DNA from: a virus
Lineage: Duplodnaviria > Caudoviricetes
Strand: one strand, 5' to 3'
IMG/VR virus record: IMGVR_UViG_3300025713_000650
Span: 64,001-128,000 of that record
DNA: 64,000 nucleotides
Each line of letters starts with the position of its first letter. The stretch's first letter is position 1. The notes under the pieces were generated by a model that searched no databases, was not told where the DNA came from, and saw nothing but the letters and a program-made list of their open reading frames with translations. This document shows positions 40,191-50,065 of the stretch, in pieces. The translations under genes were made by a program, and so were the position numbers.

Positions 40191-41639
40191 TTAAAATTCA
40201 TTTTCAATCAACTTTTTCATTTTTTCAAAATAATGATCTAATTTACCTGAAAAGAATAAAACAAAAAATTCAATTATATCTACTTCAATTTTACTTAAAG
40301 GTATACCATCTAATTTTTTTCCATTTAATATATCTGTAAATTTTATTCTTGTGGTCTTACCTATAAAATTAGCTAACATATTTGCTAACAGAATTTTAGA
40401 ATTAAACCCAAGAAAATTTTTATATTGATCTGATAAATTAATAAAAAATTCTAAATTTTTTAATTTATAAGAAGTGGATACTTGGTGTACTTTTTCTCTA
40501 GGATAATATGATAAAATATTAAAAATAGAATGATACTTATCACCAAATATTTTAAATAATAATTTTTGAATATATAATGATAAAATAATAGCATGATCCG
40601 GTGGTAATGTCTTCATGTGATTATAAGGAATACCTGTTACCTTTGATAAAATAGGATATACTAAAAAATTACAAAATGGTGAAATGTGTTTTACTTTTTC
40701 AAGTCTTTGTTGTAATTGAACTACAAATTTTTCAGAATCATTTTTATTTTCATCTTCTTCAAATGTAATAGGAATGGGTTCTAGTTGTGTATGAATTTTA
40801 TCATATGCTATACCTTTTAATCTTCCTAATGTATCATTATAACAATAAGTTCTTAGATTATCAACATTTACACTTTGAATATCTTCTGTTGAAACAGAAT
40901 CATCATATATAACAGAACTTTTATAAATTGATCTAAGAAACCATCTAACAGATTCATCAATAACTGTAACAAAATAAATAATAGGATTTCTATCTTCATT
41001 ACATAAAACTATTATATTATTCATTATAAAATTAAAAATATGAATTACATGTAGATCAATAGTTTTACATTGAACCATTTTAATATAATCCCACATATAT
41101 TTATCAGTCTGATTATATCTATATGTTTTAGTTTTAACAATATTAAATATTTTATATGTTAAATCTTTTGTGATATCTGATGCAATTAGATTATATATTA
41201 TTTTATTACTTCTTTTATCTAACATAAAATCTTCACAATTTGAAATAAACGAATAAATTTTTAGATAAGAAGAAAATCTAATAATTTTTTCAATTTCATC
41301 TTCTAAAAATAAAATACTATTCTTTTTAGCTTTAGTTTCATCAACAAATTTAGAAAGATCAATATTAATAAAATCAATATATTTATCTGCAAATTTTTTA
41401 ATATTTTCTATATTATCTTCTAATATTTTAAATCTATTATCTGATCTTGAATATTCACTTAAAAATGAAATAAACCATTCATCAAAGCCTTCAATATTTT
41501 TAGATATATTTTCAATAAATTCAGTAATAATATTAAATTTATTTGTAACTGTTGATGTTATCAAATTAATATTCATAAACAATTCATTATTATTATATAT
41601 CCCAACATTCTTTTTGTTCTCTATTGTAAATGTAATCAA
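40191..41639 (-). CDS. Hypothetical helical protein (candidate RNAP specificity subunit)
   Basis: 482-aa ORF with GGAGG RBS next to the RNAP operon; function is inference only. Confidence 0.7.
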   Translation of the reverse strand: MITFTIENKKNVGIYNNNELFMNINLITSTVTNKFNIITEFIENISKNIEGFDEWFISFLSEYSRSDNRFKILEDNIENIKKFADKYIDFINIDLSKFVDETKAKKNSILFLEDEIEKIIRFSSYLKIYSFISNCEDFMLDKRSNKIIYNLIASDITKDLTYKIFNIVKTKTYRYNQTDKYMWDYIKMVQCKTIDLHVIHIFNFIMNNIIVLCNEDRNPIIYFVTVIDESVRWFLRSIYKSSVIYDDSVSTEDIQSVNVDNLRTYCYNDTLGRLKGIAYDKIHTQLEPIPITFEEDENKNDSEKFVVQLQQRLEKVKHISPFCNFLVYPILSKVTGIPYNHMKTLPPDHAIILSLYIQKLLFKIFGDKYHSIFNILSYYPREKVHQVSTSYKLKNLEFFINLSDQYKNFLGFNSKILLANMLANFIGKTTRIKFTDILNGKKLDGIPLSKIEVDIIEFFVLFFSGKLDHYFEKMKKLIENEF

Positions 41640-41716
41640 AGTAAACCTCCATGTGTCTTTTTAATTACATATATATAATAATAAGGCTGATATAATGGAA
41701 TTTTTCTAAATGATTT

Positions 41717-42427
41717 TTAAAATTGAAGATTAGATTTGAATGAATCAACAACAGAAGAAAGATTAGAATCTATATTATCAAATACATTATTAGTTTCAAG
41801 AATTAAATTTGTAAAATTATCAATTTTTGATTGATCTGAAATACCAACATCACCCAATATATTTGATATTGAAAGATTTCCTTCACTATCCATTTTACAT
41901 TCTGTTAAAATAGATTGAAATATATTTATTTTTTCTTGAATATTTTGATCACAAAGTGTATTTATACAAGTAATTATTTTACTTGTACCATCTATTAATT
42001 CTTTAAAACCTTGTGTCTTTATTTTTGACACAATTTCGTTATACATTTTAACACCGTCAAATTCAGGAAGGTTATCACAAATATTAGACATAAAATCAAC
42101 AGCTTTTTGTTTTATAGGATCTGATAAATTTTTGACTAAAGCTATAGGTGATTGATATATAGTCTCTGATAAAAAATTACATTCATTTATCATATCTATG
42201 ATTTCATCAGTTTCATCGGATTCAGGAATCATTTCCGAATAATTATTATTTATAGATGATATTGCATTATTAACATCATTATCTGCTGACCATTGTATAT
42301 TTGCTAATTTATCAACTAATTTATCGTTTAAATTTATAATAGAAGATTTAGCTCTATTTAAACTTGAAATATTTGAATCTAATAAAGTGCCCAATTTTGA
42401 ACATATTCCTATTTTATATAATCCCAT
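41717..42427 (-). CDS. Hypothetical, probably structural protein
   Basis: 236-aa ORF directly after the gp5-like gene. Confidence 0.65.
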   Translation of the reverse strand: MGLYKIGICSKLGTLLDSNISSLNRAKSSIINLNDKLVDKLANIQWSADNDVNNAISSINNNYSEMIPESDETDEIIDMINECNFLSETIYQSPIALVKNLSDPIKQKAVDFMSNICDNLPEFDGVKMYNEIVSKIKTQGFKELIDGTSKIITCINTLCDQNIQEKINIFQSILTECKMDSEGNLSISNILGDVGISDQSKIDNFTNLILETNNVFDNIDSNLSSVVDSFKSNLQF

Positions 42428-42429
42428 AA

Positions 42430-43380
42430 TTAATCTCTTTCACCAATTGGATTTACTGAATCTGCATCAGTTGCTTCATTAGCATCATTTGCTTGACCCA
42501 TCATATCGTTTATTATAGAACCATCTGAATTTAGAGGACCACCCGCTTTATAATTACTCATCCCATCCGATTTACAATTTAAATTTGAAGAAGATTTGAT
42601 ATTTATATCATTAGCCGATTGAATATTAACATTACTCATAGATTTAACATTTATATCATCTGATGATTGAATATTAATACTTTCTTTACTTTTTAATGAA
42701 ATTCCATTTTCAGATTCAAATAAAATTTTTCCTTTAGAAGAGATTTCAATATCGCTTTCCATTTTGATGAATAGTTTTTGATTTTCTATATCAAAATTTA
42801 TATAATCTCCCTTATGTGTACGTATTAAAATCTTTTCTTTTCCTTGTCTTTCATCTAATAAAATAGTTGTTTGGTTCCCATCAATTTCATATACAGATTC
42901 TAAATCTCCACTTGGGGGTTCTTTTAATTTTCTTTTTTTACCAGTTATTTCAACTCTACAATCAAAAGGATCATCTGATACTACAATACAGCGTCCTTCA
43001 GATGATTTAAACAAAACCCATTTATCTTCATAATTTTCTCCAATTTGACATTCTGGTAAAACTTTCTCTTTTTGAAGATTTAATGCTGCAAAATAATATG
43101 GTTTATTAGGATTGCCATTTTCAAAAAAAATTAAAACAAATGAATTTTTCCTTGGGATTAAACAAGAACCATAATAAGATGATTCATTATTTCCACTTTC
43201 TTTATTTAATCCACCTATAGCATTATTTGCAGGAGCTGCCCATAAACCCTCTTGTCTACTTATTTTTGGCATTATATCTGGAATCCATACTTTAATTCTT
43301 CCAAATTTTTTAGGATCTTTATTATCAACAACCTCTGCTCTAAAAAATCCATATAAATTCAAAGATTTATCTTCAAACAT
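42430..43380 (-). CDS. Baseplate central spike (gp5/VgrG-like OB fold plus beta-helix)
   Basis: GFFRAEVVDNKDPKKFGRIKVWIP, WA.P, P...S.V.IFFENGNPNKPYY, 8-residue INIQS/INVKS repeats. Confidence 0.85.
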   Translation of the reverse strand: MFEDKSLNLYGFFRAEVVDNKDPKKFGRIKVWIPDIMPKISRQEGLWAAPANNAIGGLNKESGNNESSYYGSCLIPRKNSFVLIFFENGNPNKPYYFAALNLQKEKVLPECQIGENYEDKWVLFKSSEGRCIVVSDDPFDCRVEITGKKRKLKEPPSGDLESVYEIDGNQTTILLDERQGKEKILIRTHKGDYINFDIENQKLFIKMESDIEISSKGKILFESENGISLKSKESINIQSSDDINVKSMSNVNIQSANDINIKSSSNLNCKSDGMSNYKAGGPLNSDGSIINDMMGQANDANEATDADSVNPIGERD

Positions 43381-43383
43381 TCT

Positions 43384-44334
43384 TTATTTAGCCTTTAATA
43401 TTATTTTTGAGATTTCTAATATTATATTATATTCTTCTTCATTATATTCTGAAATTCTTTTAGTAATCATGTTTGAACCCGGAATATTTGAGGCTAAAAA
43501 AATAGAAACAAATCTTGCTAGATCTTCAAACATTGGAAAAATATTTACATTTGGAAAATATTTATATATACTTCTTAAAAATAAATATTTATTCATTCCA
43601 GGCATTACTTGTATTTCTGATAAACAATCTAATAAATCATCAAATTTTTTAAAATTATATCTTTGAATTATATCTTTATCTTCATTATAATCAAATGGAG
43701 CAAATGATAAAGATAATCTTTTAGCAGTATTAAAACTTAAACCAAAAAATGAAATATAAATATATACTCCTATTAAAAATTTCATCTTGATAATTTGATG
43801 GGAATACCTTCCGATCAACCCATATTGTCTACCAAATAATCTAAGAAACATACTTGTTAAAAAATTTATAATTGGCGATGCAAATGAAGATTTAACATTA
43901 ATTCTTTTAGTTACAGCATTTTTTAAAATAAGAGAACCAGCTAAACACGCATATATATTTAAAGGATTTGGTTTAGTTGGGCTTACAGTTTCAACACCAA
44001 AAGGAAATAAATTAATTAAAAGTTGATTAGTTTTTTTATTAAATGAATAATTTAATGGATAACTTGGTAAATAGACAACACAAAATAAATTTATATTTTT
44101 TAAAATTTTTGAAATATAATTATATGAAAAATGGTTAATAGAATGTTCAAGCATTAAAATAGTATTCTTTACAATAACATTACCATTTTTAACTTTTCTT
44201 TTTTCAATTTCTGATTTATTCAAATATAAAATATTATCAACATCTTTAATTAAAACAAATTTATCATTAATCTGCATATTACCATTCAACCTCATCTGTT
44301 GTTGAATTTGAATATTTATCTCTACATATTTCAA
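43384..44334 (-). CDS. Hypothetical protein (start more likely ATG at 44277)
   Basis: Long ORF in the baseplate cluster. Confidence 0.7.
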   Translation of the reverse strand: MKYVEINIQIQQQMRLNGNMQINDKFVLIKDVDNILYLNKSEIEKRKVKNGNVIVKNTILMLEHSINHFSYNYISKILKNINLFCVVYLPSYPLNYSFNKKTNQLLINLFPFGVETVSPTKPNPLNIYACLAGSLILKNAVTKRINVKSSFASPIINFLTSMFLRLFGRQYGLIGRYSHQIIKMKFLIGVYIYISFFGLSFNTAKRLSLSFAPFDYNEDKDIIQRYNFKKFDDLLDCLSEIQVMPGMNKYLFLRSIYKYFPNVNIFPMFEDLARFVSIFLASNIPGSNMITKRISEYNEEEYNIILEISKIILKAK

Positions 44335-44659
44335 TTATTGCACTCATTGATGGAATTATAATTGTATTTAAATCAAAATCTTCTGCACAAGCTATATTAT
44401 TAACTCTCATTAAAAGAAAATCTAAATTTGTTACTTTATATTTATCATATGATAAGTATGATGGTTTATATCTATATTTTATATCAAAATTTTCAATTTT
44501 TGAATTTTTAAGTAAGAAAAATAGATTTTTTTCGATTACCCACAAAGATGGAGATGTAAATTTAAATAAATTATTTTTTGTTTTAAATCTCTCGCTAAAA
44601 TTATCAATATCAAATGGATATCTTGATTGAATTCTAGCTTCATCTTCAATTGTTATCAT
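44279..44659 (-). CDS. Baseplate wedge protein (T4 gp53/LysM-like)
   Basis: YRYKPSYLSYDKY...LLMRVNNI...IIIP pattern. Confidence 0.65.
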   Translation of the reverse strand: MITIEDEARIQSRYPFDIDNFSERFKTKNNLFKFTSPSLWVIEKNLFFLLKNSKIENFDIKYRYKPSYLSYDKYKVTNLDFLLMRVNNIACAEDFDLNTIIIPSMSAIIEICRDKYSNSTTDEVEW

Positions 44660-44672
44660 ATTATTATATCCC

Positions 44673-45287
44673 CTAACCTACAGCTAAACCTGGATAATTG
44701 TCTTTATTCCAAGAATAATTGGGATTATCTTCTAATTTTATAGATATCTTTTGCATAATATTATTAATATCATCTTCATCTAAATATTTCATATAATGTT
44801 GCATAAAATAGTTATAATCACCCCTAATATATTCAATAGGAATATTTAAAAAACCATTATGAAATTTTTCATGTAATGAATCTATAAGAGGTGTATAACC
44901 AATTTTATCCATATAATGAAGTTCAATTACTTCTTGACAAATTTCAAATGTTGTAAATTTTTCTTCGGTATCCATTCTTTTATTAATTATAGATTTAACA
45001 AGTGTAAATAAATCAGGTATGTGATGATGGATAGATACTGAAGTTTCACCTATTATTTCTTCTGTTAAAACACATTTAGTAACACCAAGAACATCTCTAA
45101 GATATTCTCTCCAATGTTTATATTCAATAGAACCTCTTACCAATTTTTCACAATTTCTAATAAAAGATACGTAATCTTTCTCATTTTCAAATGAATTACA
45201 CTTTAAAGATAAAGAAAAAGGATATTCATCAGAATGTAATATTTTTTCTTCTGTATTACTTTTTATAATATTTAGATCAATATCCAT
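44673..45287 (-). CDS. Hypothetical protein, possible HNH-like fold
   Basis: C...SIHHH...SLHEKFH. Confidence 0.65.
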   Translation of the reverse strand: MDIDLNIIKSNTEEKILHSDEYPFSLSLKCNSFENEKDYVSFIRNCEKLVRGSIEYKHWREYLRDVLGVTKCVLTEEIIGETSVSIHHHIPDLFTLVKSIINKRMDTEEKFTTFEICQEVIELHYMDKIGYTPLIDSLHEKFHNGFLNIPIEYIRGDYNYFMQHYMKYLDEDDINNIMQKISIKLEDNPNYSWNKDNYPGLAVG

Positions 45288-45289
45288 TT

Positions 45290-46537
45290 TTAGTCACATT
45301 CTCCTTTAAGACAAGGAAAATTTAAAGATCCATATTTTTCAACTAACTCTTTTATATAGGATTCAGAAAAGAACTTTTTAGAACTTTGTTTTGAAGAAAA
45401 ATACGGTGCTGTTGATTTTCTTAATTCTTCTAAATCTTTATAAACATTCATTGCATCTCTACCAAGTCCCGAATAAATAAAAGAATAAGGTATTACATTA
45501 CATAAACCATTAAATTCTCTCATACAGAATATAGCTCTTTTTCCAACATCATCAGCAGCAACAATAGATTTCCACCCCATAGCAAATAACTGGTCTATTC
45601 CTCCAGCATCAGCAAAAAATGAATCATCTTTAATTTCATTATAATTTAATAATAAAAATGGTGTTTCATTAAAAACAGATTTTCCTTTTAAAATATCATG
45701 TACAGGATCACCTTTTAAAGAAGACATTGTAATACCAAAGAATCTTAAAAGTGGAGATATTCTTGATATAACATTATAAAAAAGTGATCTCTGAAAATTT
45801 CTACTTGTTGCTTTAATAACTTTTTTAACGCCTTTCATATCTTTATCTTTTAACATTTGATGGACAAATATTTTAGCATTTGTTACAGGATATGCGGCTA
45901 CTTTAATACCAATAACATGAGTTCCATGTTCCCCAGAGATTGTTGTCCATGTTGGTTCTAACGATGTTGATACGTTTAAAGTTGGTGATTTAATTTCTGG
46001 AGGTTTCACATATTTCTTTTTATCATTATCATCCTTTGTCAATTCATTTATTGTTATTCTTTCGTATTCTTTTTCTGATTTTTCTGATTTTCCTGTAATT
46101 CCTGTAATACTATCAATTAAGTCTTGATCAACATTTCCACTCGAAAACTCTTTTTTAAAATGTTCCAAATCTTTAAAACCTTTTTGTAATATTTCATCTT
46201 CAAATTTTTCTGAAAACTCATCCAAAGTCACGACATGTTTATTGTCTGCCTCAGATAATAATATTTTAGATTTATCATAATTATTTTTATTCGCTCTGAC
46301 TAGAGCTTTTACAATTTTTTTATTGCCAAATTTTGAAGACAGATAATTTGTAATCATAATCTCTGTAGCGCCAGCAACCATTCTAACTACTTTTCCAGAT
46401 GGTGCATATCCTCCAATTTTCGTTAATTTATCAAGTCTATATATCATTAAATATTTTTCAATTGTTTTACACACACCTGAAATAATTGTAGGTGATAATG
46501 AATTATCTGCAATTAAAGGAAATATCAATATACTCAT
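45290..46537 (-). CDS. Hypothetical, probably virion protein
   Basis: 415-aa ORF with GGAG RBS in the structural cluster. Confidence 0.65.
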   Translation of the reverse strand: MSILIFPLIADNSLSPTIISGVCKTIEKYLMIYRLDKLTKIGGYAPSGKVVRMVAGATEIMITNYLSSKFGNKKIVKALVRANKNNYDKSKILLSEADNKHVVTLDEFSEKFEDEILQKGFKDLEHFKKEFSSGNVDQDLIDSITGITGKSEKSEKEYERITINELTKDDNDKKKYVKPPEIKSPTLNVSTSLEPTWTTISGEHGTHVIGIKVAAYPVTNAKIFVHQMLKDKDMKGVKKVIKATSRNFQRSLFYNVISRISPLLRFFGITMSSLKGDPVHDILKGKSVFNETPFLLLNYNEIKDDSFFADAGGIDQLFAMGWKSIVAADDVGKRAIFCMREFNGLCNVIPYSFIYSGLGRDAMNVYKDLEELRKSTAPYFSSKQSSKKFFSESYIKELVEKYGSLNFPCLKGECD

Positions 46538-46567
46538 TTTAAATGTTTCTCCATTATATTTAATTTT

Positions 46568-47422
46568 TTATAACAAAAATATCACTTCTTCTTTATTCTC
46601 TAATTTATTTATACTTTTCTTTTCATCACTTAAACAATAATTTTTATATAAACAATATTCACAATCATTTTTATTATTTGATTTTTCAGGTAATTTGTTA
46701 TTTTCAAGACATTTATGTAAATCTAATGCCTTTTCTAAAAATGATATACCTATTTTTTCATCATATTTATAATCAAATGAAATAGGATCTTTTCTAAAAT
46801 TATCTCTTATATAATAAATAATAGTTATTGTATCAATCCTATAATTGTATTCATTATTTAAAATATATGCTCCAATACTACATTGTTGTAAATGTTTTAT
46901 ATTAAATGCATTTTTAATATTTTTTTGATCTACTGGTTTAATTTCATATAAAAAATTATTTTTTATTGCATCAACACGTCCTTTTGTTTTATAATTTTCG
47001 CTTATAATAGTCTTTTCAATTTCAGTAAAATCATAATTATCTTGAATAAATTTATGATTTGTATTACCTATTTCTGCCGCTAATCCTAAATAAACAAAAT
47101 TAAAAGAATTCCTTAAATCTATATCATATTTTTTTCGTTCATAATAAATTCTTCTTGGACATTCTAATAATTCTGTTATAGATATATTAGGTCTATCATA
47201 ATTTTGTTTTCTAATATGTTCATTTATCAATTCTTGTTTTAATCTACTTTTGAATTGTTTTACATCAAAACCATTGGTAGTATTTAATTCTTTATATTTA
47301 GTAGAATATTCTTCTAATTGATTAATGTCATTTAATAAATCATTAGTATCTTTTTTATTATCATCAATAAATTTAATTAATTGATCAAACTCATTTGATT
47401 TTTGAGTCAAATTATTCTCCAA
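46568..47422 (-). CDS. Cas4-like PD-(D/E)XK exonuclease
   Basis: ECPRR, GRVD...EIK, Q...Y, C-terminal CEYCLYKNYC (4Fe-4S cysteines). Confidence 0.85.
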   Translation of the reverse strand: MENNLTQKSNEFDQLIKFIDDNKKDTNDLLNDINQLEEYSTKYKELNTTNGFDVKQFKSRLKQELINEHIRKQNYDRPNISITELLECPRRIYYERKKYDIDLRNSFNFVYLGLAAEIGNTNHKFIQDNYDFTEIEKTIISENYKTKGRVDAIKNNFLYEIKPVDQKNIKNAFNIKHLQQCSIGAYILNNEYNYRIDTITIIYYIRDNFRKDPISFDYKYDEKIGISFLEKALDLHKCLENNKLPEKSNNKNDCEYCLYKNYCLSDEKKSINKLENKEEVIFLL

Positions 47423-47969
47423 TAATTATACTTGTTTCTATAAGATTATCTCTTATAGTTTTATATGCCTCTTCTAATACTCCACCTTTCCATGAATTAA
47501 GATTTTTATAATCTTTAGTTTCACGAATAGCTTTTGCAATAATAATATTATCAATAGCTACTGAAAATGCCTTCCTTTTAATTTCTTCTTGAATAACATC
47601 ATTTAAATCTTGCTTTTCATCATTTTTTAATGATCTACTTACTTCTTCTGTTAATGATTTCTTACCATTTTTTGTATTTAAAATCTTTTTAGTATTTTCA
47701 ATTGCTATTTTTGCAGATATTTTTGAAGATTCAACTAAATCAGAAATTTCATTAATGTCTACATCTTCTGGATTATGGTTTATAAAATCATACATCTCAA
47801 TTACTATTGAAAAAAGCATACCTTTTGTACTTAAATAATCTTCCTTTAAAAATGGACAACATGTTTCAACTTCATCAATTGGTTTACCAAAGAAAATATA
47901 ATCTAAAGCCTTGAAGTTTTCAAGAATTCTTTTCTTAGAACTATTTTTTAACATCGGAATAATCTCCAT
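47412..47969 (-). CDS. Hypothetical protein
   Basis: 185-aa ORF in operon. Confidence 0.7.
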   Translation of the reverse strand: MEIIPMLKNSSKKRILENFKALDYIFFGKPIDEVETCCPFLKEDYLSTKGMLFSIVIEMYDFINHNPEDVDINEISDLVESSKISAKIAIENTKKILNTKNGKKSLTEEVSRSLKNDEKQDLNDVIQEEIKRKAFSVAIDNIIIAKAIRETKDYKNLNSWKGGVLEEAYKTIRDNLIETSIIIGE

Positions 47970-48258
47970 GTATTTTTTTATTGATTATTACATTATCACT
48001 CTCTATAATTTCTACAGAAATATTTTTAGAATCCTGTGGAAACTGAGTATTTTTAAATGCTAAAGTTAAAACTTTAATTGATTCGATTGTTCTTCCCTTT
48101 CTTCCAATGACCTTACCACAATCTTCTTTTGCAGTTTTAATTTGAACTAGAATAGTCTTTGTAGAAATTGAAACTTCAATATTAACATCATTCTTTTTAT
48201 CAACAAGATTTTCAACTAGGTCTCCCACAAATGTTTTTACTTTTTCCTGTATGCTCAT
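47941..48258 (-). CDS. khpA: KH-domain RNA-binding protein KhpA-like
   Basis: LV..LVD...EDCGKVIGRKGRTIESIKVL (GxxG KH loop); size typical of KhpA/YlqC. Confidence 0.85.
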   Translation of the reverse strand: MSIQEKVKTFVGDLVENLVDKKNDVNIEVSISTKTILVQIKTAKEDCGKVIGRKGRTIESIKVLTLAFKNTQFPQDSKNISVEIIESDNVIINKKIHGDYSDVKK

Positions 48259-48307
48259 TAAAATTCTCCTGTTTTATACTATTTTATAATAGAAATTTAA
48301 TTTTAAA

Positions 48308-48314
48308 TTTGTTC
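48308..48314 (-). promoter_or_regulatory. Candidate late promoter GAACAAA
   Basis: Intergenic GAACAAATTTAAAATT upstream of the operon that leads into the baseplate genes. Confidence 0.3.
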
Positions 48315-48324
48315 CAAATAAAAA

Positions 48325-49695
48325 CTAAAATCCAAGATCAGGATTATATTTTTCTTTTATTTCTACTTTAATACAATCTTCAATCTCTCTATCAAAAGCT
48401 TCTTTAAATGATTCATCTGTATTATATAAATTTTCAGCTTCAACAGTTCTAAATTTTTTACTAGTATATGATGCTAAACTATTCCACGCACCTGTATTTA
48501 TTCTTTTGTTCTCAGCTAAGAAAACATAATTTGTCCAAAAATTACTAAAACCAGTAACAAAATTTCCTACGATAATTGTTTTAATATTTGGTGTAAATAA
48601 CTTATTCTTTACTAATTTTATTTCACACATAATTCCATCAAAACCATATTTTGTTTTATCTAAAGTTGATTTAACTTTCATATCAACTAATTGAAATGTA
48701 TTAAATCTTGCTGTATTTCCACCAGGAATTGTCTTTCCTTGTCTCATAAAATTCAATTCTTTTGCTTCTTGAAAAGGACCAATTTTAATCGAATCTCTTA
48801 ACTGATTAACAACAAGAAATAAAATATTATAATGACTTAATTTACTAATATATTTAGGTATCAAAATTGATAACAAACGACTTTTATATCCAATAACTGA
48901 ATTAATGTCTGTTGCTTCTCTTTCTTTTTCACTTAATGTATTTGCAAGAGAATCAAGAACAACAATAGAAGGTTGATCAATAATTTCCTTTAATTCTTTA
49001 AATGAACATAAACCTTCTATAAATTTAAATGTTTTTTCAATCGTTATATTTGTATATGGCCTTATTTTCGGATACCTTACACCAAGATTTGATAATCTTA
49101 TTGTCGTTGTTGCCTCTTCTGAATCCAAATATGCTGCTATAAGATTTCCTTTGTATTTCAATTGACCTGATCCGACTGTTTGCATTGATAACATTGATTT
49201 ACCGCATCCAGGAAAACCAACAACCATACCCATTGTTCCAATTGCAAAACCACCCCCAAGAACTGCATCTAATAAATCAATGCCTGTTGAGATTGTATTT
49301 TTTATACCCGCATCTTCAATTATACCTGTCTTATTTTGTACAAATGATGAAAATTCAGAATAAAGTTCTTTTATTTCAGAAGAAGACTTCTCAATTATTT
49401 CTTTATCACTCATCTCATTAACTTCATCTGGTGTCGGTAAATCTTTTTTAGGTTTACTTTTTTTATATTTCTTAATATCATCTTCTGTAATATTAACTTT
49501 TAAATCAGATAAAGTTTTATTTACTTCTTCCTTAATTACATCTGAATCAATAATTGATTCAAATTCTTCTTCTAAACTCTCATCAATAACATCTTCTTCT
49601 AAACTCTCATCAATAACATCTTCTTCTAAACTCTCATCAATAACATCTTCTTCATTCTTAATAATAATTTCTTCATTCATTAATTCATCCGACAT
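48325..49695 (-). CDS. recA: RecA/UvsX-like recombinase with acidic N-terminal extension
   Basis: STGIDLLDAVLGGG, GFPGCGKS, YLDSE, VVLDSLA, VNQLR, PGG, VKNKL. Confidence 0.9.
   Translation of the reverse strand: MSDELMNEEIIIKNEEDVIDESLEEDVIDESLEEDVIDESLEEEFESIIDSDVIKEEVNKTLSDLKVNITEDDIKKYKKSKPKKDLPTPDEVNEMSDKEIIEKSSSEIKELYSEFSSFVQNKTGIIEDAGIKNTISTGIDLLDAVLGGGFAIGTMGMVVGFPGCGKSMLSMQTVGSGQLKYKGNLIAAYLDSEEATTTIRLSNLGVRYPKIRPYTNITIEKTFKFIEGLCSFKELKEIIDQPSIVVLDSLANTLSEKEREATDINSVIGYKSRLLSILIPKYISKLSHYNILFLVVNQLRDSIKIGPFQEAKELNFMRQGKTIPGGNTARFNTFQLVDMKVKSTLDKTKYGFDGIMCEIKLVKNKLFTPNIKTIIVGNFVTGFSNFWTNYVFLAENKRINTGAWNSLASYTSKKFRTVEAENLYNTDESFKEAFDREIEDCIKVEIKEKYNPDLGF
49564..49653. repeat. 27-bp tandem repeat x3 encoding EEDVIDESL
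   Basis: ttcttctaaactctcatcaataacatc at 49567, 49594 and 49621. Confidence 0.95.
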
Positions 49696-50065
49696 TATTA
49701 ATTATCTCCTGTGATTTTATTTTTTTATATTGTTCTACTACTTGTACCATTTTTCTAATGTCATTCATATCATCATCTTCACTATTTTTTGGAGATATCT
49801 TTCTTCTAAATTCCATTTCATCTTTAATGTTCTTACTTATTTCTTTTCTAATATCTAAAATTGCTTTATATAATTCAGTTACTGCTTTAACTTTTTCTTC
49901 AAAATATCTCACATATCTATTATCTAAACTATCTGGAAATATTTTACCTATTTTATCTTGAAACTTTTTTAATTCTATAATCATTGTTTTAAGCTCTTCA
50001 CGTTGTTCTTTATATTCTATTAATAAATTTTCAAAATATTCTTCATTATATTTTTCATTTTCCAT
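49685..50065 (-). CDS. Hypothetical coiled-coil protein
   Basis: 126-aa ORF in operon. Confidence 0.7.
   Translation of the reverse strand: MENEKYNEEYFENLLIEYKEQREELKTMIIELKKFQDKIGKIFPDSLDNRYVRYFEEKVKAVTELYKAILDIRKEISKNIKDEMEFRRKISPKNSEDDDMNDIRKMVQVVEQYKKIKSQEIINNVG

Noticed and set aside
46568-47422. CRISPR-Cas system suggested by the Cas4-like gene
   Set aside because: No repeat-spacer array or other cas genes in the window; solo Cas4-like nucleases are common in phages
47581-47591. 11-nt match (CAAGAAGAAAT) to the orphan omega-RNA guide-position segment
   Set aside because: Short and low-complexity; expected by chance in AT-rich DNA
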